A DNA stretch of 64,000 bases from assembly GCA_963753975.1 (NCBI GenBank), contig CAVWEH010000002.1, positions 1 to 64,000 of the forward strand, read 5' to 3'. The stretch comes from an uncultured delta proteobacterium. GTDB lineage: Bacteria; Desulfobacterota; Syntrophia; Syntrophales; Smithellaceae. The notes below the pieces were generated by a model. The model was not told the DNA's origin and ran no database searches. It saw only the letters and a program-made list of their open reading frames with translations. The position numbers and the translations under genes are program-made. Below, piece by piece: positions 54,188-64,000 of this stretch; the stretch's first letter is position 1; the number at the start of each line of letters is the position of its first letter.

Positions 54188-54583
54188 TTATTTAAATTTG
54201 ATTTATTTGCACTCTTTTGTGGACGAAAGTTCGCATATCTGCCCTATAACGGTGCGTATCAATCTTGGCACTTAAGAATTATTAAAGTATTTAATTAAAA
54301 ATACTTGCAAGTAATGCGATAAAAGTATTAAAAGAACATTATAAGTATTAATAAGATGAACTGGTTATGAGATATTTATCAATAAATAAAATCGCCTCAG
54401 TGGACAAGCTTCATATCGGATTGGGCGCTACCTTACATTTTTATAAATGTGGGACGGAGTATTTTGAATCTGCTGGAGATGAACAGCGCGCTTGATTTAA
54501 TTAAAAATGAGCATTGATTTTGCATCTCGGGGCTTAGGTAAATAACAACTAATGATAATGAAAAGAAAGAATATTATTTAAAA

Positions 54584-55666
54584 ATGAAGACTAAGATCAA
54601 AAGTAAAATCGTATTCAGGAACTTACTGGTAACGGGAGGTTGCGGATTTATCGGCAGTAATTTTATTCGCTATTTAATGGCGCGGAAAGATTATTCCGGC
54701 AAAATCATCAATGTGGACAACTTAACATATGCAGGCAATCCCGAAAATCTGACAGGCATTGCCTCAGATTTTGCTCCAAGATATATATTCCAAAAGGTGG
54801 ATATTTGTGATGCCCCAAAACTGGAAGAAGTATTTCTGCAATATGATATTGATGCAATTTGTCATTTTGCGGCTGAGTCACATGTCGACCGCTCTATAAA
54901 ATCACCTGGTAATTTTATTCAAACAAATATTATTGGAACTTTTAATCTTTTGGAAATAGCCAAATCTCGCGGCGATAAATTCAAAATCTTTCATCATGTC
55001 AGCACCGATGAAGTTTACGGGAGCCTCGGCAAAAAAGGTTTTTTTCACGAAGATACTCCCTATCGTCCCAATAGCCCGTATTCGGCATCAAAGGCTGCTT
55101 CCGATCATCTGGTCCGCTCCTATTATAAAACGTTCGGAATGCCCATGACGATTTCCAATTGTTCTAATAATTACGGCCCCTATCAGTTTCCGGAAAAGCT
55201 TATTCCATTGGTTATTCTCAATGCCTTGGAAGGAAAGACATTGCCTGTCTATGGCGATGGGAAAAATATTCGGGATTGGCTTTATGTCGAAGATCATTGC
55301 GAAGCTATCTGGCAAATTATGACTTCCGGCAGAATCGGGCAAACTTACAATATCGGCGGCAATGCCGAAATGGAAAATATTTTAATTGTGCAAATGATTT
55401 GCGATATCCTGGACGAAATAAAGCCGGCGGGGCAGGGGAAATCGCGGCGCGATCTGATTAGATTCGTTAAAGACCGTCCCGGACACGATAAGCGTTATGC
55501 GATTGATTTTTCCAAGCTCAACCGAGAATTAGGTTGGTCTCCCAAGGAATCATTTAATTCCGGGCTGCGAAAAACTATTAAGTGGTATTTAAAACAAAGA
55601 AAATGGTTAGAAAATATTAAAACCGGCGCATATCAGTCATGGATTAAGGAACAATACGGCTCTTGA
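54584..55666 (+). CDS. rfbB: dTDP-glucose 4,6-dehydratase
   Basis: [56 protein letters not shown]. Confidence 0.97.
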   Translation: MKTKIKSKIVFRNLLVTGGCGFIGSNFIRYLMARKDYSGKIINVDNLTYAGNPENLTGIASDFAPRYIFQKVDICDAPKLEEVFLQYDIDAICHFAAESHVDRSIKSPGNFIQTNIIGTFNLLEIAKSRGDKFKIFHHVSTDEVYGSLGKKGFFHEDTPYRPNSPYSASKAASDHLVRSYYKTFGMPMTISNCSNNYGPYQFPEKLIPLVILNALEGKTLPVYGDGKNIRDWLYVEDHCEAIWQIMTSGRIGQTYNIGGNAEMENILIVQMICDILDEIKPAGQGKSRRDLIRFVKDRPGHDKRYAIDFSKLNRELGWSPKESFNSGLRKTIKWYLKQRKWLENIKTGAYQSWIKEQYGS

Positions 55667-55726
55667 TGCAGAACAAATAATTTACAGCTACGATATAATA
55701 TTGTATTCTTCCCCAAGGAGCGAATC

Positions 55727-56572
55727 ATGCCCAAATTGTCCCATCTAAAGAATTTATCTCGAACAAAAGAATATCTCATGGAAAGCGAAGAAGAGACTAT
55801 TCGCCTTGAGATTAAAACTGATCCGGATGCTTTACGTAAACAGGCACTTTGGTGCGGAGTAAAGCCGGGAATGCGCATTCTTGATGTAGGCTGTGGACCG
55901 GGTAAAACAACGGCACTTCTTAATGAAATGATTCAGCCTGGAGGAAGTATTGTTGGAGTTGATTTTTCGGAAACCCGCATATCGTATGCCAGAGAACATT
56001 ATGGCGGCAAAAATAGTATTGAGTTTCATTTGCATGATTTGCGTGAATCAATGGAAAGCTTGGGACAGTTTGACCTCGTTTGGGTAAGATTTGTGCTGGA
56101 GTACTATCGCAAGGAAGCTTTGGATATAGTCAAAAATTTAAAAAAATGTGTCAGGCCAGGCGGTTTACTCTGTCTGCTCGATTTGGATTATAATTGTTTG
56201 AATCACTATGAATTGCCGCCTCGAATAGCTGCGATATTACCCGAAATTATGAAATATGCGGATAAGAAATATAATTTTGATACCTTTGCTGGACGCAAAC
56301 TCTATTCTTTCCTGTATGACAATGATTTTGAAAAGATAGATGTGGAATTAATGGCACATAATTTAATCTTTGGTGAAGTAAAAGATAAAGATAAATTTAA
56401 TTTGAGTAAGAAAATAGAAATAGCAGCGAAAAAAACTAAAAAATTAATAAATTCATATCCGGGCGGCTATCAAAAATTTTCTGAGGATTTTGAAAAATAT
56501 TTTAAAAATCCACGACGTTTTACCTATACACCTTTACTCCTTTGTAAAGGGATTAAACCTTTGCAGAGTTAG
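55727..56572 (+). CDS. Class I SAM-dependent methyltransferase
   Basis: ILDVGCGPG, VGVDFS, FDLVWVRFVLEY, VRPGG. Confidence 0.9.
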   Translation: MPKLSHLKNLSRTKEYLMESEEETIRLEIKTDPDALRKQALWCGVKPGMRILDVGCGPGKTTALLNEMIQPGGSIVGVDFSETRISYAREHYGGKNSIEFHLHDLRESMESLGQFDLVWVRFVLEYYRKEALDIVKNLKKCVRPGGLLCLLDLDYNCLNHYELPPRIAAILPEIMKYADKKYNFDTFAGRKLYSFLYDNDFEKIDVELMAHNLIFGEVKDKDKFNLSKKIEIAAKKTKKLINSYPGGYQKFSEDFEKYFKNPRRFTYTPLLLCKGIKPLQS

Positions 56573-59420
56573 ATTGCAACATCGAGAATATTTCTGAACA
56601 CTTGAGGAGTAAATCATCGGGACGGTATGGTTTGTTAATAAATCCAGCCGCTCCGGCTTTGGTTAAATCTTCTATTTGTTGGGACGTAGAATAGCCGCTG
56701 GTCATTAAAACTTTAGCCTTGTCATTAATGGCCAACAAATCAATGAGGCATTTTTTCCCACCTTTGCCGGGCATATTTAAATCGAGAAGCACCAGCTTGA
56801 TTTTATCTTTTTGAGCCGTATAAAGAGACAGCGCCTGCTCGGCGCTTTCAGCAGTCATTACTTTATAGCCGTAAGAACTTAATGTTTCTTTGACTGTTTC
56901 TAAAATGTTTTTTTCGTCATCGACAACAAGCAATTTCTCTTTGCCGCGAGGAATTTTTACCGGTTTTTCTTGAACTATTTTGTGTGTCTCTCCGGAAGTT
57001 GTTGCCGGTAATAAAATTCTAAAAGTGGTTCCCTCATTGGGGGCGCTTTCGCAGTAAATAAATCCACTGTGATTTTTCACAATGCCGTGAACAACGGCAA
57101 GGCCCAATCCGGTTCCTTTTCCCGGTTCTTTAGTGGTGAAAAAAGGTTCAAAGATGTGTTGGATCAATTCTTTTTCCATACCGCTGCCAGTATCGGAAAC
57201 AGACAATTCTATATAATTGCCGGAAGGAATATTCAAACCGGCTATGGAAGTATTTTCCTGCAAAATAATATTATTTGTACTTATTATTATTTTTCCGCTG
57301 TCGCCCATGGCATCACGGGCATTAATGACCAGATTCATGATAATTTGACCTATTTGCGTGGAATCGGCGATAAGGGGAAAAATATCATCATGCAGGTTCG
57401 TTTGTATTTCAATCATCTTGGGAATGGATTTTATAAGCAAGCTATGTATGCTTCTTATTTCTTCATTGATATTGATAATCTTTGATAACGGTTCAACTTT
57501 TTTGCCGAAAAGCATTAATTGGCCGACAAGCTCTCTGGAACGTTGAATTAGTTCTCCTATACTTTTAAGATAAGATATCTCTGTTTCATTTCCGGATCTT
57601 CCCGAAATCATTATCTGGTTGTAACCCATAATTGCCTGAATAATATTATTAAAATCGTGAGCTATTCCGCCGGTTAGAGTGCCGACGGCTTCCATTTTGG
57701 AGGCTTGCAGAAGTTGTGCTTCCATAATGCGCAATCTGGTGATGTCTTTGAGTGTACCAACAACCCCCATTACATTTCCTTCGGCATCTATGTCCGGTGC
57801 CCCGGTAAAAGTGACATAACGCGGCAAGCCTTTATTATTCAAAATAATAAAATTTTTGTCTCTTATTGTTGATTTATTTTCTAGAATATCTTGAAAAATA
57901 TTAACAAATGCCGCATGATCTTCCTGACGTATAAAATCATTAAAATGTTTGTTCTCAATTTCGTTTTTATTATGGCCTAGAACATCTTTCCATGCAGTAT
58001 TGACATAAGAAAACTTTCCTTCCTGATCCAGACGATAGATGATATCAGGTGAATTATCGCTTAAATTGCGAAAACGTTCTTCGCTTTCCTTGATTTTTTT
58101 ATGGGCAAAAGCGTTATTTAAACTGATGCCGATTTGCTGGGCGATGCCCGTCAGCAAACTCAAATCGCTTTGGGTGGCAGGTATTTCTAATTTACTATTA
58201 TCGACGGCAAGAATGCCTTCAGATTTACCTTCATAAATTATCGGAACGCAAATGAAGCCATTAACGTTTAACCCTTTCATGAATTTTAAGCTTCTTCCGG
58301 AAAGATCATTTTCAATATCATTTACGTTATTAATGAGGAATGGTTTTTGATCGCGGTAAGCAGAATAAAAAATACCTTTAGATTGTGGATTTGTAAGGTT
58401 AAAATTAGCATTATTTAAAAGGTCTTCTTCTTGTTGAGAGTAACCGTAACCGGATACATAAATTAGTTTTGTTTTTTCAGGGTTGGTCAACATAATCATG
58501 CCGCGTTTGAATTGCAGGTGCTTTTGCAAGGCATCAGATATAAATTTTAAAAGCTCATGCGGGTCCAGAATATTAGAAGTTGCTTCGCCAATCTCTCTTA
58601 TGAGCAATGCTTCATTGTAACGAAGATTAATTTGTTCAATTACCTGATCAGAGGCTTTACCCTGTCCCTCCATAGTTATGTATATTTCTTTGATATAAAG
58701 AATATTACCATATAGCAAGGTTCCTAAGGATATTAAGAGAGTAGATAAAAAGAATATGAGCCAATGATTTATGGAGAAGAAGTATAAAATAGGGAAAGAG
58801 GCAAGTAAACTTACGGCTACTAGGTAATATCCGGTTCTTTTCCAGGTAAGTGATGGTAGTTTATCCCATGTTACTATATAATGGCAACAATTGTCACCGC
58901 GGTGAATACATCTAGTATGTTCAATATGTCCATATTTACGAGTAAATACTTCCGCGATTGCTTCAAACATGCCAATACGATTTTCACATTGAAAAGGTTC
59001 TTCCTTGACGTACGGATGAGGTGTTATTGTAATCTCGATTTTATTATCACTTAATTTATTGCTTTTTGTTATTACATGACGAGAAACTGTTGCTGCCAAT
59101 TTTTCGACTGTCCAGTAAGCTATTACCGGACTTATAAAACCTATAGTAATCTGCCGTAAAATACTCGATGACTTCGGAGATGCTATATACCGGCCCGCTT
59201 CTCTAGCAACGTTAGGGTTGTCAGTTACACGACTCGTATATTCTTGAAAACGATTCACTTGTTTTTGGGTCAGCCAGTGGCCTCTGTCTTCAACTTCATG
59301 CTCGGTAATACCGGCATATTCGAGCAACTTTTTCAAATCCAAGTCTGGATATTTGTATTCTAAATATTCCAGATAAGTTTTTATAATAACGGTGTTATAA
59401 AGAGGTCTATCTTCCATCAA
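56553..59420 (-). CDS. Hybrid histidine kinase: V4R-like N-terminal sensor, 2 TM, GAF, PAS, HisKA, HATPase, REC
   Basis: CENRIG...CIHRGDNCCHY (V4R-like), GGIAHDFNN, FEPFFTTKEPGKGTGLGL, LLDLNMP. Confidence 0.9.
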   Translation of the reverse strand: MMEDRPLYNTVIIKTYLEYLEYKYPDLDLKKLLEYAGITEHEVEDRGHWLTQKQVNRFQEYTSRVTDNPNVAREAGRYIASPKSSSILRQITIGFISPVIAYWTVEKLAATVSRHVITKSNKLSDNKIEITITPHPYVKEEPFQCENRIGMFEAIAEVFTRKYGHIEHTRCIHRGDNCCHYIVTWDKLPSLTWKRTGYYLVAVSLLASFPILYFFSINHWLIFFLSTLLISLGTLLYGNILYIKEIYITMEGQGKASDQVIEQINLRYNEALLIREIGEATSNILDPHELLKFISDALQKHLQFKRGMIMLTNPEKTKLIYVSGYGYSQQEEDLLNNANFNLTNPQSKGIFYSAYRDQKPFLINNVNDIENDLSGRSLKFMKGLNVNGFICVPIIYEGKSEGILAVDNSKLEIPATQSDLSLLTGIAQQIGISLNNAFAHKKIKESEERFRNLSDNSPDIIYRLDQEGKFSYVNTAWKDVLGHNKNEIENKHFNDFIRQEDHAAFVNIFQDILENKSTIRDKNFIILNNKGLPRYVTFTGAPDIDAEGNVMGVVGTLKDITRLRIMEAQLLQASKMEAVGTLTGGIAHDFNNIIQAIMGYNQIMISGRSGNETEISYLKSIGELIQRSRELVGQLMLFGKKVEPLSKIININEEIRSIHSLLIKSIPKMIEIQTNLHDDIFPLIADSTQIGQIIMNLVINARDAMGDSGKIIISTNNIILQENTSIAGLNIPSGNYIELSVSDTGSGMEKELIQHIFEPFFTTKEPGKGTGLGLAVVHGIVKNHSGFIYCESAPNEGTTFRILLPATTSGETHKIVQEKPVKIPRGKEKLLVVDDEKNILETVKETLSSYGYKVMTAESAEQALSLYTAQKDKIKLVLLDLNMPGKGGKKCLIDLLAINDKAKVLMTSGYSTSQQIEDLTKAGAAGFINKPYRPDDLLLKCSEIFSMLQSNSAKV

Positions 59421-61490
59421 TTTCTCTTATATTTCATTCTAAAGTTATTATCCATATATTCAGTATATTGATCTGAGTATGGATTATTCTTCAAAATCCA
59501 AAGTTGGTAATTTTTTTCTATCCTAATCCCCTGTCCTGATAGATAATTATCTGGATAAACCAGAAGAGGTATTTGATTCTCTTGGTAATGAGCACTAAGC
59601 TGATTAATTGCGGATAAAAGAATATCAGCTTTTAATACTTCATCCTTAACTACAATTATTTTTACACCGTTGATTAAGTCAGAAAGGTTTAATCCTAGAT
59701 TTGATTGATTAACAATGAAGAACGCTACGTGCTTTCCATTAACGCGTAAGCAAAAGATTTTACAATTTCTTTTAAATCCAGCATTAGTAAAAGCTTTTAT
59801 TAACGGTTGCATATCAGAATCAAGCTCAAAAGCGTCAAGCAAGAGTCCGCCTGAATAGTTATTATAAAAATTTGTTAGCACTTTGAAGTCTTCAGACGTG
59901 CACTCGTATAGAATACAACCTGCGGGAAGATTTTTCTCGGGAGCTGTTTTTTGAAATAGCATATAAGAAAATAGATCAAGGGAACTTCCTTTTGGATTGT
60001 TGAGGTGCCGGGCAAATCCGCCAAATATTTTATCGACAACTCTGTTTTCCGGACGGTAATAAGTCATTACAAACTTCATATTGCCGGAAGAAAAACGGTA
60101 AAAACCATTAATGTAATTAGTTATTTGTCGTAAAATGATGATGCCGGGAATTCTACTTTCAAGCGGTCTTGCTGAAAAGTGATGGATTACCCAAGAAGGA
60201 TTGTAAGCATGAACCATGGCAATGTGACCATATATATTCCCATTTTTTTCATAAACAAAATGCCGCGCGATATCTGGATTATCCTGATACAATTTTTGAT
60301 ATGTTTCTTTGAAATTCTGACGATAAGAATAAAGATGTTCATATTTCTCGCCATAAATAAAACCGGTATCAAAAAAGAATTCCCATAAAGCTTCCATATC
60401 AACATTTGTGGAAACGCGAGCATTGCTATCGAGATGAGCTCCCAGAATGTGATTTAGATAACTGTATGCCTTAACATCCATATCTAAAATAGCCATGCCG
60501 TATTGTACTATTTTATTTTCTTGATCTTCGCGGCGGTAAAGCACTTGAGCAGAACAATCCATTTTAATAATACCAGCATAGATAATAGAAATATTAGGAA
60601 TAATCATTCCGGGAAGTAAAGCTTCTTCCTCAATATTATCAATTATTGAACAGCCTGCAGTAGAAATTTCCAGAATATCCCTTTCTATGTTTTTCTGGAA
60701 AAAAGGGTGCTTGAAACTAACAGCGAAGGAAGGGGTAATATGCTGGCGCGGGTTACGCATTTTTCTTTTGGGAAATCTCTCCATATGTGTTTTGAGGGGC
60801 ATAAAAACAATTTTATCATCGGGAGAATTTATTCCGTTGCGCATTAAACGGCATGGGCCGGAATAAAGTTTGACTCCATTTTGTGTCAGATTGAGTTCGA
60901 AAGAATTATTTTCGTCAAATTTATTTATATTTTCATTTACGGATAATTTAATTCCCAGGGCGCTGGGCGTAAAATCTATGAGCATGCCTTGGGCATTAAT
61001 GCCACCTTGGGATAATTTGCAGGATATATCGTGACAGTAATGGCGTCTTGTTTTGCGTGTTTTTATGATGCGGCTTTCATCGGGCAGTTTTAATTTCAGC
61101 GTATCGCTTTCCAAGTTAAGCAATTGAACCGGTGCTAATATAGCAACAAGCCCATCATCAATCATTAAATAATCCAAATTATATTCGGTCATCTCCGGCA
61201 AATTGTCTTTTTGGATCTAAACGGCAGATTAGTTCATCTTTTATACATGGCTGAGGATAAGCTTTCATTAAGATATGTTCGTCGGTTTGTTGATGGCGAT
61301 AAAGAATAAGAACATAACCATCGATAAAATTCAGATGATTCAATTTATTGACGAGCTTTTTTTGATCCCATGGACGTTCTGTAGTCGTAGAGGTAAGGAG
61401 TTCTTGGTGCTGAAAAAGCCACGGCAGAGAATAATAAGGTGTAATGTTCTGAGCAGGGGTAACTGCGATTTTTTGACTTTTTTCCTTCAA
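59417..61490 (-). pseudogene. PilZ-domain protein with GNAT-like C-terminal region, split by a 1-nt frameshift near 61210
   Basis: RKTRR/DFTPSA and RNPRQ/EISTAG PilZ-like motifs; deleting one A from GATCCAAAAAGAC joins 61490-61179 to 61201-59417 as ...LDPKDNLPEMTEY... Confidence 0.7.
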
Positions 61491-61766
61491 AACGTTATCC
61501 CTTCAATATCAACAAAAGAGAATAAGGTAAGGTTAACAGTTTTTACGGGCTACAATCTTAAAATAAGTTGAATTATAACAGCATTTTGCTAATATTGTCA
61601 ACGAATAATTGACATTATCAATGGATTATTTATAAAAATCATCAATGTTCAAGAGAAAAGTTTGATCCAGCTTCTCATCCACCGCGTTATTGCTCTTGTG
61701 GTTTTAATATAAATTTGTCATTATATTAGCGTTTCGAATATAAAGATTCATCGACCTGGGAGGAAA

Positions 61767-62513
61767 TTGATGATGATCGTGAAAAAAAGTATTTTGGCGA
61801 CGATCGTTTTTGTATGCTTAACTATCTTTGCCGGTTGTACAAGCTACGAAAGGCAGGTAGTTCCTTTCAAATCTCCGGAAAGTCTTCCTAACGCAGTTTC
61901 CATCGACGGCGCTGTAATTGCCGCAAGAAGTTTTGCCAATACAGGTGAAGCAACAGAGGCATTCGGTTTTGACATCAGGTCGGCGGGTATTCTTCCGGTG
62001 CAAGTCGTGTTTGATAACAAGAGTAATCATCCATTAATGATTATGCCCGATCAAACCTTTTTGATTGATGACGAAAGCAATGTTTGGCCTATCCTGGAAC
62101 AGAATCTGGCCTATGACCGCTTAGCCAAGAAAACGGAATTGGGTAAAGTTGCTCCGGAAGCGATAAAAGGCGGATTGCTTCTAGGCGCTGCCGGGGCTGT
62201 TATCGGGGCGGCTATTGGCATAGTCACGGGAACAAATGTCGGTGAGGCGGTAGGTAAGGGAGCGGCTATCGGCGCCGCGGCCGGATTGACTGTTGGTGGT
62301 GCGCAAGGGCTGGATAATACCGATGTAAAGGATAAGATCAGGGAAGATCTGCAAACGCGTTCCTTAAACTATCGCGCCATTAAACCCGGTGAACTGGCTT
62401 ATGGCTTTATTTTTTATCCGGGAGAGGCAAAATCGGCAAAAGTATTACGGCTGCAGCTAAGAGCTAACGATACAGGTAAAATCTATACCTTTAATATGAA
62501 ACTCACGAAATAA
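61767..62513 (+). CDS. Glycine-zipper lipoprotein, hypothetical
   Basis: RBS GGGAGG, lipobox FAGC, GAAGAVIGAAIG...GAAIGAAAG. Confidence 0.8.
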   Translation: MMMIVKKSILATIVFVCLTIFAGCTSYERQVVPFKSPESLPNAVSIDGAVIAARSFANTGEATEAFGFDIRSAGILPVQVVFDNKSNHPLMIMPDQTFLIDDESNVWPILEQNLAYDRLAKKTELGKVAPEAIKGGLLLGAAGAVIGAAIGIVTGTNVGEAVGKGAAIGAAAGLTVGGAQGLDNTDVKDKIREDLQTRSLNYRAIKPGELAYGFIFYPGEAKSAKVLRLQLRANDTGKIYTFNMKLTK

Positions 62514-62635
62514 AAGCGGCGCTAAAGCTAAGATGTTCAAAAAGATTGATTGATAACGCTTTCCAATAAAATAAAAAACTATCACTTGTTTAATTAATTT
62601 ATCTCTTAAAAAAGGAGGCATTTTATTACCAATAA

Positions 62636-64000
62636 ATGAGTGAGATAATTTTAGCCGTCAGCGGTGTAATTCTATTCCTCATCGGCATGGTTCATCTTTC
62701 TTCCGCCGTACAGAAATTAATTAATGTCCGCATAAAAGAATACATCAGATATGCAGTAGAAAAACCTTTGTATGGGCTCTTCACGGGAGCGATTTCTACA
62801 ATTATTTTTCAAAGTTCATCCGCCACTACTGCGCTTACGGTTGGCCTGGTGAGCGCAGGATTGATCAGTTTTTATAGTTCTCTGGCCATTATATTGGGAG
62901 CTGATATAGGTACCACCCTGACTGTGCAGTTTGTTATCTGGCGATTCACGGAAATTTCACCACTCTTTATTTCGCTGGGCGGTCTTTTCTGGCTAACCAG
63001 CAGGGGCAGATGGAAGATTATTGGCGAAATGGTTTTTTATTTCGGCCTTATTTTCTTTGGGTTAGATTTAGTGGGTCAAATGGCAGAGCCCTTGAAGAAT
63101 TCTCCGTCCTTTATAAACTTCATTGCCCAAACAAAAAATCCTTTTTTAGGGATTGGACTGGGGGTGATTATTACGGGCATTGTTCATGCTTCCGCTATAC
63201 CTATCAGTATTTTAGTTCTTCTAGCACAGCAGGATTTAGTATCGCTGGAAAATGCTCTGCCTGTAATTCTGGGGGCGAATATCGGCACTACCGTTACGGC
63301 GCTATTGGCCGGAACAGTAGCAACGATGAGCGGTAAAAGAAGCGCGGTATCTCATCTTATCTTCAAATGCGTTGGTGTAGCTGTGTGCTTTATTATTTTG
63401 CCATACTTCGTCGATTTGGTGAAAAGTATTTCTTCCAGTACTCCTCAGCAAATTGCTCTGGCGCATTTTTTATTTAATCTTCTGGTTGTATTTATCTTTA
63501 TTTTTTTACTGCGGCCTTTTACCGGTTTAATGAAAAGACTTTTACCCGGAGAAGAGGAAGCTTTGCCTATATGGCCCGAATTTCTCGATCAAAAAGATTT
63601 AGTGAATACGGAAAAAGCCCTGGACAATGTACAAAAGGAATTAAAAAGAGAGATCACTCTTGTTCAGAAAATGTTTCTGAACAGTATAAATATGATCGAC
63701 TCTTATCAAGAAGGCAGGAAAAGAGACATTTCGTATATCGAGATGGTAGTTAATAATTTACGTACACAAGTAGTTAAATTTCTGTGGAAAATATCAGCTC
63801 AACCTCTCTCAGAAGAACTCTCGAAAAAGCTTTTTGCTTTTACGGCAATAGCTGCCGATATTGAAAGCATAGGCAATCATGTAGTGTTGATAAGCGAGTT
63901 AGCTTCTGAAAAAGCCACAAAAAAAATCGAATATAGCGAATGCGGCGAAAATGAATTGCGAGAAATAATATCGTTAGTAAGTCAGAATCTTGATGATTCA
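62636..64000 (+). CDS. Na/Pi cotransporter family protein, runs off the window end (absent from the ORF track)
   Basis: MSEIILAVSGVILFLIGM..., QSSSATT, GADIGTT, second repeat HASA/GANIGTT. Confidence 0.92.
   Translation, partial: MSEIILAVSGVILFLIGMVHLSSAVQKLINVRIKEYIRYAVEKPLYGLFTGAISTIIFQSSSATTALTVGLVSAGLISFYSSLAIILGADIGTTLTVQFVIWRFTEISPLFISLGGLFWLTSRGRWKIIGEMVFYFGLIFFGLDLVGQMAEPLKNSPSFINFIAQTKNPFLGIGLGVIITGIVHASAIPISILVLLAQQDLVSLENALPVILGANIGTTVTALLAGTVATMSGKRSAVSHLIFKCVGVAVCFIILPYFVDLVKSISSSTPQQIALAHFLFNLLVVFIFIFLLRPFTGLMKRLLPGEEEALPIWPEFLDQKDLVNTEKALDNVQKELKREITLVQKMFLNSINMIDSYQEGRKRDISYIEMVVNNLRTQVVKFLWKISAQPLSEELSKKLFAFTAIAADIESIGNHVVLISELASEKATKKIEYSECGENELREIISLVSQNLDDS

Noticed and set aside
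54200..54480. c-di-GMP-I riboswitch or sigma54 promoter upstream of rfbB
   Set aside because: Lacks the GGCAAAC...GACGCAAA core, and the TGGCAC near 54266 has no TTGC at the required spacing
63010..63753. 108-aa and 60-aa ORFs
   Set aside because: They are alternate-frame shadows of the Na/Pi cotransporter that runs off the window

Overview
This 64 kb window is bacterial chromosome, mostly AT-rich. Gene content suggests an anaerobic Desulfobacterota/Syntrophales-like organism (inference). It opens inside an rRNA operon (5'-truncated 23S, then 5S and a terminator). Housekeeping clusters follow: thiolase, yebC-ruvCAB-queH, lpxC-DUF4390-ntrY-ntrX, dnaJ, purC, rsmB, fmt, priA, dksA, rfaE2, comF, rsfS, oppBC, tatD-queC-queE, TPP riboswitch-thiN-thiD-thiC, a tRNA nucleotidyltransferase, NlpC/P60, an FGGY kinase, a B12 radical SAM enzyme, rfbB and a Na/Pi cotransporter. 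The most striking unexplained structure is a pair of small accessory islets 39 kb apart (about 3.2-5.7 kb and 42.35-44.5 kb) with the same architecture. In each, two unrelated cargo genes are separated by an identical 37-bp hairpin-forming junction, and the outer boundaries carry partial or degenerate copies of that junction. This resembles a gene-cassette system that does not use attC sites, and no recombinase is visible in the window. Other notable items: a TPP riboswitch whose P3 arm holds a REP-like element; a methyltransferase / V4R-type hybrid kinase / PilZ-GNAT-like triad that may be a small-molecule signalling module; a divergent 185-bp tandem duplication that breaks queE; a sigma54 promoter at lpxC next to ntrYX; two small genes missed by the ORF track, one of them histone-H1-like; several REP/MITE-like hairpin families; and single-base frameshifts in ruvB and the PilZ gene that may be assembly errors.
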